From positions 2,513 through 66,512 of the forward strand of contig CALQBK020000002.1 in assembly GCA_943328795.2 (NCBI GenBank): a DNA stretch of 64,000 bases, written 5' to 3'. Numbering within the stretch: the first letter of the stretch is position 1; every line of letters starts with the position of its first letter. The notes below the pieces were generated by a model that was not told the origin of the DNA, ran no database searches, and was given only the letters and a program-made list of their open reading frames with translations. This document shows, one piece after another, positions 46,135 to 54,211 of this stretch. The position numbers were made by a program, and so were the translations under genes. The stretch is from Bifidobacterium breve (GTDB lineage Bacteria; Myxococcota_A; UBA796; SXON01).

Positions 46135-47328
46135 CTACTCCAACACGGGATCGCAGGTTGCTGGTCCGTCCGACGAGCGCCACGAGCCGGTGAGCACGGT
46201 CACGACACCCCCCGCGGGGCAGGTGATCTCGACGACCGGGCAGTGGTTGCCGCTGCCGCAGCCGTCGTCATCGCTGCCGAGGGCCTGGTACGAGTAGCAG
46301 GGGTTGTCCGCGCCGTCGCAGACCCGCATGACGGGGTCGCCCTCGCAGGTGTCCGTACAGCCGCCGCTGCAATCGGCCTGGACCGGGTCTCCCGGCGTGC
46401 AGGTGTAGTTTCCGACGAAGGTCCACCCGCAGTCCCGGGTCTCGCTCGAGTCGTTGCCCGAGCACGCGTCGGTGACCGCCGGCATGTCCTCGGCGTCGAC
46501 CACGGTGTAGGTCGCGTCGGCCGTGTTGTTCGAGTAGTCCAGCTCGGGGATGATCGACTGGAAGTTGACGGCCGCGTGCACGTCGTAAGTGCCTGCGGGC
46601 ACGTCCGTGATGTCGATCCACTGGCAATCCAGGTAGCCGCTGTAGGTGTCGGCCCACCCTTGGGAGATGCCCTGCTTGTCGCAGTTGTAGCGGGCGCGGG
46701 GGCGCGCGTCGTCGGTCCAGGGCTCGAAGTCCTCGAGGCAGAACGCCTGCTTGTGACCCTCGGCGACCTGGTTCGAGTCGGCGTCCAGCAGGGTGTACTG
46801 TGCGTAGCCGTCGAAGTGGTAGTGCTGGTGGCACTCCGAGTAGTGGAAGAGCGGGTTGCCGGTCGGGTCACCGAATTTCAGGTCGGACGTGCCGTAGTTC
46901 GGCGTCGTCAGGTCAAATCGCAACAGCCGGCGCCACCCGGGCTGCAGCACGCACCCCTCGACGATCGTGCAGTCGTCCTCCTCGAAGTACTTCCACTCCT
47001 CGACGAGCCCGTCCTGGAGCCGCTCCTGGTCGGCCGCCAGGTCGGGGAGCGGGCACGTGTCGTCCACGGTCGTGGTGCAAACGGGGGTCGCGGTGTCCTC
47101 GCAGCACTCGGTGCAGCACGCCGTCCCGGTGGGGCACAGGTCGGCGGCGGGGTCACACGCGTCGCCCTCGGAGAGCGCGGGGGACTCGGAGTCATCGCCA
47201 CCGTTGCCTCCATTTCCGCCGTTTCCACCTTCGCTGTCATCCACCGTTGGCGTAGTGGTGCGGCAAGCGAACAGGGACACGAGGCCAAGGGCGAGGAGCA
47301 TGAAACGACCTGGAAGGGGCGTCAGCAT
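46135..47328 (-). CDS. Lysyl oxidase (LOX) family copper amine oxidase, lipoprotein
   Basis: RRLLRFDLTTPNYGTSD, SECHQHYH (Cu His), AEGHKQAFCLED, QGISQGWADTYSGYLDCQWIDITDVPAGTY, PELDYSNN. These are colinear with the human LOX catalytic domain as I remember it. Lipobox LVSLFAC; GGNGGNGGNGG linker. Confidence 0.92.
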   Translation of the reverse strand: MLTPLPGRFMLLALGLVSLFACRTTTPTVDDSEGGNGGNGGNGGDDSESPALSEGDACDPAADLCPTGTACCTECCEDTATPVCTTTVDDTCPLPDLAADQERLQDGLVEEWKYFEEDDCTIVEGCVLQPGWRRLLRFDLTTPNYGTSDLKFGDPTGNPLFHYSECHQHYHFDGYAQYTLLDADSNQVAEGHKQAFCLEDFEPWTDDARPRARYNCDKQGISQGWADTYSGYLDCQWIDITDVPAGTYDVHAAVNFQSIIPELDYSNNTADATYTVVDAEDMPAVTDACSGNDSSETRDCGWTFVGNYTCTPGDPVQADCSGGCTDTCEGDPVMRVCDGADNPCYSYQALGSDDDGCGSGNHCPVVEITCPAGGVVTVLTGSWRSSDGPATCDPVLE

Positions 47329-47376
47329 AGCCCACGGCCGGCCGCGAGGGCGTCAAGAAGCCCTGGACCCCTCGGC

Positions 47377-49665
47377 TCAGTAGACGACGATGCGGTAGCG
47401 GCGCTCGATGGGGCCCGCGATGGTCACGTCCAGCCCACCGACGCTCGCGGTCCCGTTGGTCGTGTCCACGGACGTCTCGGCCACCGAGGCGGTGCCGGAA
47501 ACCGTGTAGGTCGTGCCGTCTGCCTCGACGAAGTGGGACGAGAGGCCTTGCCCTGACCCGAAGATGTAGACCGTGCGGCCAGTGTCCACCTCGTCCCGGG
47601 TGACGAGCCCCGAGAGCGGGCCGTCTACCAGTGTGTCCGCGGGGTCGGTGTACATCGGCACGATCGCGCCCACGGGGGCGAAGACCGCGATGCTGTCGAG
47701 CGGGACCGAGAACTCGCCGCTGGTCGCGGGGGCGCCCGTCCAAAAGTCGAACCACGCGGTCTCGGTGGGCAGGTCGACCTGTCGGGAGAGCGCGCCCTCG
47801 GCTAGCACCGGCGCGACCAGCAGGTCCCCGAGGAGCCACGCGTCCATCCGGCCCCAGCTCTCCGCGGGGTAGGTCAGGAAAGGGGCGCGGACGACCGGCG
47901 TGCCCTCGGACTGGGCGAGCACGGCGAGGCCCTGGAGGTAGGGCGCGAGCCGCCCGTGCACTTGGGACCAGCGCGCGTAGAACGCGAGGGTCTCGTCGTC
48001 GCTGTCGAACTGCCAGTCGTCCTCGGCGAAGGCCCCGTGGTGGGTCCGCATGATGGGGGTCATCGCGCCGAGCGTACACCAACGCCACCAGAGCTCCTTG
48101 GTGGACGGGTCGTTGCCGATCGACTGGTACCCGCCGATGTCGTGCGTGAAGAGCGGCACGCCGGCGATGCCCGCGCCGATGCCCATGGGGAGCACCGAGG
48201 GGAGGCCGTCGTCGGCGTCGAAGCTGGTGCGCTGGTCCCCGGCCCAGGCGACGGGGGAGCGCGTCGGCGAACCCGTCCAGCCCGAGCGGGTGAACATCAC
48301 CCCGGCGGCCTGCCCGGCTACGTCACCGTTCAGCACGCTCGCGTTGGTGTCCTGCCACCACAGCGGGTACGCGTTGTGGTCGTCCATCGCGTCGCCGTCG
48401 GCCAACACGGCGTCGGTCGGCAGCCACTCCGCGTAGTCGGCCATCCACCCGGTGAAGCCGATGTCGACCGCGGCCTGCATCTTGGAGGCCGCCCAGTCCC
48501 GCGCGTCCTGCCGCGTGAGGTCGAGCACGCTCGTCGGCTCGAAGGTCATGCCCGTGAACGTGTACGGCGTGCCGTCTTCGTGCTTGATCACGAGATCGCT
48601 GGCTTCGTCCCAGGAGGGGTTGCCCTCCACCAGGAACGGCTGGAAGTACGCGAACCACTGGAACCCGTTCGCCGCGAGCTCCGCCGCGATGCCGCTCGGG
48701 TCCGGGTAGAGCGTCTCGTCGACCTCCCAGTTCGGCAGCAGGTGGTAGCCGTACGCGGAGTCCTCGCCGCCCTTCCAGTCCTCGGTCCAGATCACGCCGC
48801 TCAGCGCGCCGCTCTCGCGAAGCTCGCTGGCGACGGTGCGGACGCGCTCGGCGCCGCCTACGGCGTCGTTCCAAGGCGCGTACGCCCACGCCGGGGGCAG
48901 CACGGGTGTCCCCGACCGCAACGCGTGCGCCTGGACCGCCTCGAGCGGGGAGTCGACGTCGTAAAACAGGATCTCGGTCACGCCGTCCCACGTCGTCGCG
49001 GACCACGTGTCCGACGTGCAGAGGTCCACCTCTACGCGGGCCTGGGTCACGAGCTCGACGCCCAGCGGGTCCGGCCGAATGAAGAACGGGTCCGGGTAGC
49101 TCGACGCGTGGCGCGTGCCGGTCAGGAACCAGTCGTCGCCCTGCGTCTCGGTGTCTGACTTGCCGATCCCCGGCTCGCTGACCCACAAGGGGAAGGCCTG
49201 CCCGACGTGGTCGACGTCTTGCGCGTGCTCGCCAAACCCGGCGAAGTGGTCGTCCCCGGTGCAGGGGACCGAGAAGCGCGTGCGGTTGACGTCGCCGTCG
49301 GCGGACGCTACGCCGATCGCGAGGATCCCCGTGCTCAGCTGCGCCACGGACACCTGGCCGAGCGCGTTGCCGTCGGCGTCGTCCAGCTCCCAGGTCAGCG
49401 CGGGGTCGCGCCCGCTCGGGTGCCCGTGTGGCGCGACTGCCGTCCACTCCACGGTCTCGTCGTCAAAGCGGTAGCTCCCGGTCTGAAACTCCACGCTGGC
49501 CGAGCCGGTGCCGAGCTCCAATGCGAGCCCGGAGACCAGCGCAGTGCCGTCGTCGCGGAGGACGTCGAAGCCGGCCTCGGTCGGGACGACCTGCCAGGCG
49601 CCGATGGTCCGGTCGGGGGAGCAGCCCGTGAGCAGGGTGATCGCGGCGAAGAGCGTTGGGGGCAT
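47377..49665 (-). CDS. Glycoside hydrolase family 31 (alpha-glucosidase/xylosidase-like) lipoprotein
   Basis: GVIWTEDWKGG, FTGWMADYAEW (nucleophile region), AWAGDQ, THDIGGY, IMRTHHG. Lipobox ITLLTGC. GGGGAG upstream of ATG 49665. Confidence 0.92.
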   Translation of the reverse strand: MPPTLFAAITLLTGCSPDRTIGAWQVVPTEAGFDVLRDDGTALVSGLALELGTGSASVEFQTGSYRFDDETVEWTAVAPHGHPSGRDPALTWELDDADGNALGQVSVAQLSTGILAIGVASADGDVNRTRFSVPCTGDDHFAGFGEHAQDVDHVGQAFPLWVSEPGIGKSDTETQGDDWFLTGTRHASSYPDPFFIRPDPLGVELVTQARVEVDLCTSDTWSATTWDGVTEILFYDVDSPLEAVQAHALRSGTPVLPPAWAYAPWNDAVGGAERVRTVASELRESGALSGVIWTEDWKGGEDSAYGYHLLPNWEVDETLYPDPSGIAAELAANGFQWFAYFQPFLVEGNPSWDEASDLVIKHEDGTPYTFTGMTFEPTSVLDLTRQDARDWAASKMQAAVDIGFTGWMADYAEWLPTDAVLADGDAMDDHNAYPLWWQDTNASVLNGDVAGQAAGVMFTRSGWTGSPTRSPVAWAGDQRTSFDADDGLPSVLPMGIGAGIAGVPLFTHDIGGYQSIGNDPSTKELWWRWCTLGAMTPIMRTHHGAFAEDDWQFDSDDETLAFYARWSQVHGRLAPYLQGLAVLAQSEGTPVVRAPFLTYPAESWGRMDAWLLGDLLVAPVLAEGALSRQVDLPTETAWFDFWTGAPATSGEFSVPLDSIAVFAPVGAIVPMYTDPADTLVDGPLSGLVTRDEVDTGRTVYIFGSGQGLSSHFVEADGTTYTVSGTASVAETSVDTTNGTASVGGLDVTIAGPIERRYRIVVY

Positions 49666-49730
49666 CTCCCCGGGGTATCCCCCGACGCGACCGCATGCGG
49701 TCGGCCGCTGGTGGCGATAGCTTGTGCGGC

Positions 49731-50189
49731 ATGCCCGAGCCCAAGTCGATCGCGTCCGAAGCCGATGTCCGCGCCGTGTTGGCGGCGAACGACGCATTTT
49801 ACAGGGCGTTCGTCGCGGGGGACACGCTCCGGATGGACCTCGTGTGGTCCGGCCACGATGGCGACACGTGCATCCACCCGGGTGCGGAGGCCATCATCGG
49901 GCCCATCAACGTGCAGAACTCGTGGCGGCGGATGTTCGGCTCCGGGGAGCGCCTGTCGATCCGTGTGTCCGAGCTGCGCGTCGATATCTACGGCACCACC
50001 GCGAAGGTGCACCTGGTCGAGAACGTCAGCCGGGGCGCCGGGGCGCCGCTCGTCGCCCGGGTCGCGTGCACCAACTTGTTCCTCCGCACCGAAGACGGCT
50101 GGCGCATGACGCTCCACCACGGGGCGTTGATCTCGGACGACCACGAGCCGGAGCTCGAGCCCGACCCGGACACCAGCGACTTCAACTGA
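49731..50189 (+). CDS. SnoaL/NTF2-like (DUF4440-type) protein
   Basis: EADVRAVLAANDAFYRAFVAGD...CIHPG...W...TNLFLRTEDGWRMTLHH matches the NTF2-like fold pattern. Confidence 0.7.
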   Translation: MPEPKSIASEADVRAVLAANDAFYRAFVAGDTLRMDLVWSGHDGDTCIHPGAEAIIGPINVQNSWRRMFGSGERLSIRVSELRVDIYGTTAKVHLVENVSRGAGAPLVARVACTNLFLRTEDGWRMTLHHGALISDDHEPELEPDPDTSDFN

Positions 50190-50214
50190 CGGCTCGGTCT
50201 GCTACATTGGCGGG

Positions 50215-51534
50215 ATGTTGACCCTACTCGCCCTCTCTGCTTTCGCGGCCGACCCTGAGCCCGCGGCCGCCGCTGTCCCCGCCCCCCAAGCCGTCGCGCC
50301 CGAGAGCGCGGAGGTCGACGCGCCTGCGCTCGCCGAGGAGGGCGACGGGAACGGCGCCGTCCCCGAGGCTGGCGGCGGCCGAGGCCGTGGCAACCACGGC
50401 GGGCGGCAGGGCCACGGCGGGCCCCCGGAAGAGGCGAAGTTCCGGCTCGGGGGCGTCTTCCAGACGAACTTCGTCGCCGAGCACCTGGAGCGGAACGGGG
50501 ACCCCGCGTACGCGGCGAACCCCCCGCGCCCGACGTTCACGGTCGCCCACTTTCGGCCCAACGCCGAGCTCGACGCTACGCCTTGGCTCGACGTGCGCGC
50601 TGGCGTCGAATTCGCCGCGATCCCCGACAGCCCGCCCGTGGACCCAGAGATGCTGGGTGACGCGCTCGCCGTCTCCGGCACCGACGAGACCATCCTCGAC
50701 CCGTCGCTCGACGAGCTCTTCGTTCGCTTGCACGTCGGCCGCAACGTGCGCCAGAACGTCAAGATGGGCGTCATGCACACCTCCTTCGGCCTGCGCGACG
50801 ACTACGACCGCTACGACCACTTCTTCCTCGGCGGGCAGCTCGCGTACATGGAGCCCGAGCGGCGGTTCGGCGTCTCTCCCGGCATCGACATCGGCGTTGG
50901 GTACCGGCTGGCGTGGAAGGACCTCGGCGCGCTCGACCTGCAGCTGATCAACGGATCGGGCGTGAGCAAGCTGGACTCCACCGCGGCGAAGGACGTCGTG
51001 GCGCGGCTCTCGGTCACCCCCTTGCGCGTGTTCGACCTGCGCGGTTCGATCATGCACGCGGGGGACGCGACCGACGGCCACACGCACGGCGCCGTGTCGC
51101 TCGAGGTCAACACCGAGCGCTTCGCGCCCGCGTTCAACCCCCGTGTGGTCGGCGAGGCGCTCCTGTCGCGCGTCGTCGAGGGCGGCGCGGTGACCGACCG
51201 GTTCGGCTGGTTCGTCGCCGCCGCGACCGATGTCCCGCTGCACACGTCCGTCACGGACCACCTGTCGGTGATCGGCAGCTACAGCTCCTTTGACCCCGAC
51301 TTCATCGTCGGTGGCCCCGACACCGAGGCGAGCTTCGACCAGCAGTGGTTCCTGGACGCCGGCGCCAACGTGTACTGGAACACCGAGGGCAAGAAGCAGG
51401 GCGCGCGGCACGAGGTGCGCGAAGGCGAAGGCGTGGTCGCGTTCACGGGGATCACCTACGAGATGCTCACGCCCCAGAACGCGGAGCTGCCGGTCTCGCA
51501 CAGCGTGACTGTGCAGTGTGGGATCTCGAAGTAG
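50215..51534 (+). CDS. Porin-like outer membrane beta-barrel protein
   Basis: Signal MLTLLALSAFAA. Acidic/Gly linker, then long alternating beta-strand pattern resembling phosphate-selective porin O/P-type proteins. Confidence 0.6.
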   Translation: MLTLLALSAFAADPEPAAAAVPAPQAVAPESAEVDAPALAEEGDGNGAVPEAGGGRGRGNHGGRQGHGGPPEEAKFRLGGVFQTNFVAEHLERNGDPAYAANPPRPTFTVAHFRPNAELDATPWLDVRAGVEFAAIPDSPPVDPEMLGDALAVSGTDETILDPSLDELFVRLHVGRNVRQNVKMGVMHTSFGLRDDYDRYDHFFLGGQLAYMEPERRFGVSPGIDIGVGYRLAWKDLGALDLQLINGSGVSKLDSTAAKDVVARLSVTPLRVFDLRGSIMHAGDATDGHTHGAVSLEVNTERFAPAFNPRVVGEALLSRVVEGGAVTDRFGWFVAAATDVPLHTSVTDHLSVIGSYSSFDPDFIVGGPDTEASFDQQWFLDAGANVYWNTEGKKQGARHEVREGEGVVAFTGITYEMLTPQNAELPVSHSVTVQCGISK

Positions 51535-51536
51535 GG

Positions 51537-52112
51537 GTGATCTTCCTCCTGGCGTGCCACGCCCCGCGCCCCGTGGTGCTGGAGCCTGACGGCGCCGCGC
51601 TGCTCGAGGCCGCCGAGGCCGAGGCCGCTCGCTTGGTGCCCGACGCCGCCCGGGGCGGTCCGCCGCTCGTGCAATTTGCGAGCCCGTTGCCTCCGTTTTC
51701 GGGGGTCAGCCGGTCCACGGCTCGCTACGTCGGGGAGGCCGCGTGCGCCCCTTGCCACGCGTCGGCCGCTGCGACCTGGGACGCCAGCGCACACGCCTCG
51801 GCCTGGGCCGCGCTGGAGGGGGCGTCCGCGGGCCAGCGCGCGGACTGCGTCGGCTGCCACGCGACCGGGTACCGGCAGCCCGGCGGGTTTCGCGACCCGG
51901 CGGCATCGTCCCTCGCCCTCGGGCAAGTGGGCTGCGAGGCGTGCCACGGGCCGGGATCCGACCACGTCGCGGCGTGCGCGGACGATAGGGACGCCGACGG
52001 ATACGGGGAACTACCAAGTTCAGACGCGGCTTGTGTGGGATGTCACAGCTGGGAGCGGTCGCCGGACTTTCGCTGGGCGGCGGCGTGGCCGATCATCGCA
52101 CACGGTCTATAA
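51537..52112 (+). CDS. Tetraheme c-type cytochrome (cytochrome c554-like); start uncertain
   Basis: Four CXXCH: CAPCH, CVGCH, CEACH, CVGCH. YVGEAACAPCHASAAATWDASAHASAW is the c554-like opening. GTG 51537 lies 2 nt after the porin stop but leaves only a 7-aa VIFLLAC leader. Confidence 0.82.
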   Translation: MIFLLACHAPRPVVLEPDGAALLEAAEAEAARLVPDAARGGPPLVQFASPLPPFSGVSRSTARYVGEAACAPCHASAAATWDASAHASAWAALEGASAGQRADCVGCHATGYRQPGGFRDPAASSLALGQVGCEACHGPGSDHVAACADDRDADGYGELPSSDAACVGCHSWERSPDFRWAAAWPIIAHGL

Positions 52113-52122
52113 GAGTATCTGA

Positions 52123-52160
52123 GTTGTAAAAACGTTCGGGACCCATATACAACACAGTTG
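52123..52160. promoter_or_regulatory. Candidate operator/promoter region upstream of the metal-uptake genes
   Basis: Most AT-rich intergenic stretch in the window. GTTGTA(52123-52128)...TACAAC(52148-52153) inverted repeat and CAACacaGTTG (52150-52160) palindrome. Confidence 0.25.
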
Positions 52161-52182
52161 CAGTACGTGGTATGCGTGCCGA

Positions 52183-53283
52183 ATGCACACCATCCTGGTC
52201 TCGCTCCTCGCCTTCCAAGCTCCCGCGTTGGCCGAGGACGGCGCGGGCCAAAGCTTCTTGTCCGCGATGAACCCGGGGATCTCCGCGAACGGGCTGTTCC
52301 TCGCGGGGGCTGAGCTCGACGACGGGGAGCTCGCTGCCCCGTCGTGGACCGGCGAGTCGGCGGACTTGCCCGGGAAAGGGGAGACCTTCGGCACGGGGCT
52401 CTCGGTGCAGGAGATGGAGGTGCAGCTGACCTCTGCGGTCGACCCGTACTTCAAGGCCAACATGGTGCTCGCTATCCCCGGGACCGAGGGGCTGGAGGTC
52501 GAGGAGGGGTTCGTCACGGTGACGGCCGTGCCCCGCTTGCTCGTGAACATCGGCAAGATCAAGGAGCCGTTCGGCCGGGAGAACGTGACCCACACGCACG
52601 CGTTGCTCACGATCGACAGGGCGCTGGTGTCGCAGCGGGTGTTCGGCGAGGAGGGGCTCAACGACGTCGGGGTGAACGCGCAGCTGCTGCTCCCGCTGCC
52701 GTGGTACTCGCAGCTCACGCTGGGGGTGGACGCCGGCCAGAACGAAGGCGTGCTCGGATCGGGTGACGCCGGGGGCTTCGGGTACCTCGCGCACTGGAAG
52801 AACCTGGTGGACCTGGGTGACAACTACAGCGTCGAAGTCGGCGCGTCGGGGCTCTCGGGGCTCGACGACATCGGCGGCCAGAGCGTCGTTGGCGGCGTCG
52901 ACGTGACGGTGAAGGGCCACGGCTCCGCGCGTCACCAGTGGAACCGGCTCGTGTGGCAGAACGAATTCATCTTCGCGGACAAGGGGCGGGCGCCTTCGGC
53001 GAGCAAGCCAGGCCAGCAGATCGGCGGCCTGTACTCGACGCTCGAATACTCCTTCACGAAGCGGTTTTGGCTCGGCGGGCGGTTCGACATGGTCGGCCTG
53101 CCGAAGCCGGTGGACGGCGGGCAGACGTTTGGCGCGACGGCAATCGCCGTGCTCGCCCCCACCGAGTTCTCGTGCTTCCGCCTCCAGGCCCAGCGCCAGT
53201 TTCTGCCGGGCGGTCACACGGCCGACTCGCTCACCGGCCAACTCAGCTTCGTCATCGGGGTCCACCCCGCGCACTCTTACTGA
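52183..53283 (+). CDS. Outer membrane beta-barrel protein linked to the metal ABC transporter
   Basis: Signal MHTILVSLLAFQAPALA. Beta-strand periodicity; C-terminal aromatic (...HPAHSY). Immediately upstream of the ZnuA-like gene. Confidence 0.6.
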   Translation: MHTILVSLLAFQAPALAEDGAGQSFLSAMNPGISANGLFLAGAELDDGELAAPSWTGESADLPGKGETFGTGLSVQEMEVQLTSAVDPYFKANMVLAIPGTEGLEVEEGFVTVTAVPRLLVNIGKIKEPFGRENVTHTHALLTIDRALVSQRVFGEEGLNDVGVNAQLLLPLPWYSQLTLGVDAGQNEGVLGSGDAGGFGYLAHWKNLVDLGDNYSVEVGASGLSGLDDIGGQSVVGGVDVTVKGHGSARHQWNRLVWQNEFIFADKGRAPSASKPGQQIGGLYSTLEYSFTKRFWLGGRFDMVGLPKPVDGGQTFGATAIAVLAPTEFSCFRLQAQRQFLPGGHTADSLTGQLSFVIGVHPAHSY

Positions 53284-53293
53284 TCGAGGTCCC

Positions 53294-54208
53294 ATGTTCT
53301 CTACTCCCCGTGCTTCTACCGCTCTTCCGCTGCTCCTCGGGGCGGTGTTCAGCTCCCCCGCGCTCGCAGCCGTCAACGTCGTCACCACCACGCAAGACCT
53401 GGCGTCGCTCACCGAGGCGGTGGGCGGGGCGAACGTGAAGGTCGCCTACATCGCCCGTGGGGATCTCGACCCCCACTTCGTCGACGCGAAGCCGTCCTAC
53501 ATGCTGAAGCTCTCCAGCGCGAACCTGGTGATCGCCGTTGGCATGGAGCTGGAGATCGGCTGGCTGCCATCGCTCCTCTCCGGCTCGGGCAACCCCCGCG
53601 TGCAGTCCGGCACGTCCGGCTACCTCGAGGCCTCCGCCGCGATCACCCCGATCGAGGTCCCGACGGGCTCGATTGACCGGTCCCGCGGCGACCTCCACCC
53701 CCAGGGGAACCCGCACTATTGGCTCGACCCTGAGAACGGGCGCAAGGTCGCGCGGCTCATCGAGCAGCGGCTGGAGCTCGTCGACCCCGGAAACGCCGCC
53801 AGCTACAAGGCCAACCTGGCGTCGTTCGAGAGCTCGCTGACCACGAAGGAGGCGAGCTGGAGCGCGTCGATGGCGAGCCTCAAGGGCTCGAACGTGATCG
53901 GCTACCACTCGACGTTCGACTACTTCGCCAAGGCCTACGGGATGAACGTCGTCGGGTTCGTGGAGCCACGGCCGGGCATCCCACCTACGCCGCAGCACAC
54001 GCTCGAGCTCATCCAGCTGGGCAAGACCTCCGCGGTCAAGCACATCTTGGTCGAGACCTTCCACAGCGGCGCGGACGCCGCGCCGATCGCCAGCGGCGCC
54101 GGCGCGAAGGTCGACACGCTCCCCAGCAGCGTAGGCGGCGCCACCGGCGTCGACTCGTACCTGGGCCTCTTCGACACCATCGTCCGCATCCTCACGACCG
54201 GAGCGTAG
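53294..54208 (+). CDS. Metal (Zn/Mn) ABC transporter substrate-binding protein, ZnuA/TroA family
   Basis: Signal peptide, VVTTTQDLASL, DLHPQGNPHYWLDPEN, YHSTFDYFAKAYGM. Confidence 0.9.
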   Translation: MFSTPRASTALPLLLGAVFSSPALAAVNVVTTTQDLASLTEAVGGANVKVAYIARGDLDPHFVDAKPSYMLKLSSANLVIAVGMELEIGWLPSLLSGSGNPRVQSGTSGYLEASAAITPIEVPTGSIDRSRGDLHPQGNPHYWLDPENGRKVARLIEQRLELVDPGNAASYKANLASFESSLTTKEASWSASMASLKGSNVIGYHSTFDYFAKAYGMNVVGFVEPRPGIPPTPQHTLELIQLGKTSAVKHILVETFHSGADAAPIASGAGAKVDTLPSSVGGATGVDSYLGLFDTIVRILTTGA

Positions 54209-54211
54209 GCC

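Noticed and set aside
47197-47232. Short 9-bp periodic repeat (ccgttgcctccatttccgccgtttccacc)
   Set aside because: It is simply the coding sequence of the GGNGGNGGNGG linker in the LOX lipoprotein. It is too short and has no spacers for a CRISPR array or a regulatory repeat.
45601-47556. 651-aa plus-strand ORF
   Set aside because: It is antisense to the lysyl oxidase and repeat-protein genes, both of which have clear signal peptides and motifs on the minus strand.
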